A stretch of 64,000 nucleotides of DNA from contig OX597831.1 of NCBI GenBank assembly GCA_951406725.2, positions 83,638,001-83,702,000 on the forward strand, read 5' to 3'. Of this stretch, positions 62,284-64,000 are shown piece after piece. Positions within the stretch are counted from its first letter, which is position 1. Every line of letters begins with the position of its first letter. Source of the DNA: Octopus vulgaris. Taxonomy: Eukaryota. The notes below the pieces were generated by a model. It was not told the DNA's origin and searched no databases. It saw nothing but the letters and a program-made list of their open reading frames with translations. The position numbers and the translations under genes were made by a program.

Positions 62284-63292
62284 ATGTGTGATAGAAGAAT
62301 GGTTGATACACAAATTACAAACCAAAAGAGGTTAGTTCAATTTCCGTTTCAAGCTACCCTTTTCATTTGTTGTTTTTATCTCTAAACTTATGTTTAAATA
62401 TCATATTCTAAGCCTGTTTCAAGGGTGTGTTAATTTCATTCTAGCAGGGAAAGCATTTGCACAAATCAGAAAATGTGTTGTTTATTGATTTCTGTATCAA
62501 AACAAGCATCTTTCGTGGGGAGGGGTACTTAGGGCAGAACGTGTGAGGCATTCATCCTTGGAGTGACCAAATCGGGTCAGAACACTGTTTCAGGCAACAC
62601 ACCAGCATTTGGAACCAAGCCCTGTATTTTTAACACCAACAAAATATTATTTATGCCATTCTACATTTGTATACACATTATAAATATTATACACACTGGT
62701 ATTTTAATCTAAAGCTATTTCAAGTGCATATATATTCATACATAAATATATATACACATCATTTGATCCCCACTTTCCATACTGGCATGAGCCGGATGAT
62801 TTCCCACAACCCGACAAATTTCTTATTGAGAGCACTTCTCTCAAAAACATTTGGCTTGGCTTCAATGGTTGGATGCTAATCACTTTAGAGAGTGCATTTC
62901 CTCATGGCATTAGACATTGATAAGCCTTTGACATGCCACAATTCTCAACTTCATCTAATCATTTGCCAACCACTTCCCAGTAAGTACCCATGGCACCAAC
63001 ACTGATCACTCACAAAGAATGTGGCAGGAATTGAGAAAGGACTCAATAATCTAAAATGTATAGAGCAGAGAAAAAAATATAAGAGATGAGAGCAGAAAGG
63101 CCAAAAACGATTGGATAAGAGGGGAAGTACTCATAAACCTAGAGTGTGTACACTCACTTTAAGTGACCAAGGAGGGGAATAGGAGAGATTGTTCTAATGT
63201 CCAGCTTTTGCATACTTGCATGTATTGGTCAGATTTTATTGAGGCAGATTTTGCGAGAAAATGCCCTTCCTGTTGTCAAGATATTTCCCCAC

Positions 63293-63410
63293 ACATTATT
63301 TACAATTGATGGATATTTGTCCTCATCTTGTTTGTTGTTAACACGTTTCGGCTGATATACCCTCCAGCCTTCATCAGGTGTCTTGGGGAAATTTCAAACA
63401 TGGGTTCTGC

Positions 63411-63441
<31 letters not shown>

Positions 63442-63589
63442 TAGGTCACTGCCTGGAATCAAACTCTGAATCTTTGGGTTAATAGCCTGCGCTCTTAACC
63501 ACAACACCATATATCCGTGGGCAAATGGTGTAGTGGTTAAGAGCACGGGCTACTAACCCCAAGATTCCAAGTTTGATTCCAGGCAGTGA

Positions 63590-63655
<66 letters not shown>

Positions 63656-63833
63656 CCATCAACAAATACTTTAGGAATGAGAACCCGGGTTCGAAATTTC
63701 CCCAAGACACCTGATAATGGCTGGAGGGTATATCAGCCGAAATGTGTGAACAAGAAACAAGATGAGGACAAATACTGTCAATTGTAAATAATGTAAATAA
63801 TGTACATAATTCCTCATCTCTTAAATATAGAAC
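63293..63833. mobile_element. Head-to-head inverted pair of Penelope pseudo-LTRs (tRNA-like head, (TAA)n, hammerhead core), no ORF
   Basis: Palindrome centred at about 63517; each arm matches 42550-42990 and the right end matches 44548-44605. Confidence 0.9.
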
Positions 63834-64000
63834 CGTCTTATTTTATTTCCCTGTGACCAGAAACATTTTCACACAACATTGGAAAGAAACTAGCAAAGCC
63901 TGCATGATAGTGACACTTGTTTACAACTATCAAACACTGTGAAGACAAAGAAACACACACACACACACACTCACACACTCACTCTCACAGATACTTATAT

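Noticed and set aside
63519-63592. Functional tRNA gene with an ACT anticodon
   Set aside because: Acceptor and T stems pair poorly and the segment is embedded in a repeated Penelope pLTR; treated as tRNA-derived.

Overview
AT-rich, repeat-dense animal genomic DNA. The SINE/LINE/Penelope repertoire suggests an octopus or other coleoid cephalopod (inference). One host gene spans almost the whole window on the minus strand: a calpain-5 (CAPN5/TRA-3-type) protease. I reconstructed ten coding exons by hand (61827 down to 8587; 1564 nt, 521 codons plus 1 nt) with canonical GT-AG sites, consistent phases and an intact Cys/His/Asn triad. Its 5' UTR exon(s) and last C2-domain exons were not found and probably lie outside the window. 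The introns are filled with decayed mobile elements: an R4/Dong-like RLE retrotransposon at a (TAA)n array, many RTE LINE copies with a PHD finger inside the RT, an RTE-BovB-like LINE, CR1 and Tx1-like remnants, Penelope-like elements with inverted pseudo-LTRs and hammerhead-ribozyme motifs, two mariners, a DD37D-like fragment, Helitron/Helentron pieces, MITEs, tRNA-derived SINEs and microsatellites. The most unusual signals are (i) a Penelope pseudo-LTR combining a tRNA-like Pol III head, (TAA)n and a hammerhead core, which also occurs as a stand-alone ~540-bp palindrome, and (ii) an outward-facing (CCCTAA)n-core-(TTAGGG)n cassette nested in a TIR element nested in a mariner. Repeat boundaries are estimated by eye; family names come from motif recognition, not database searches.
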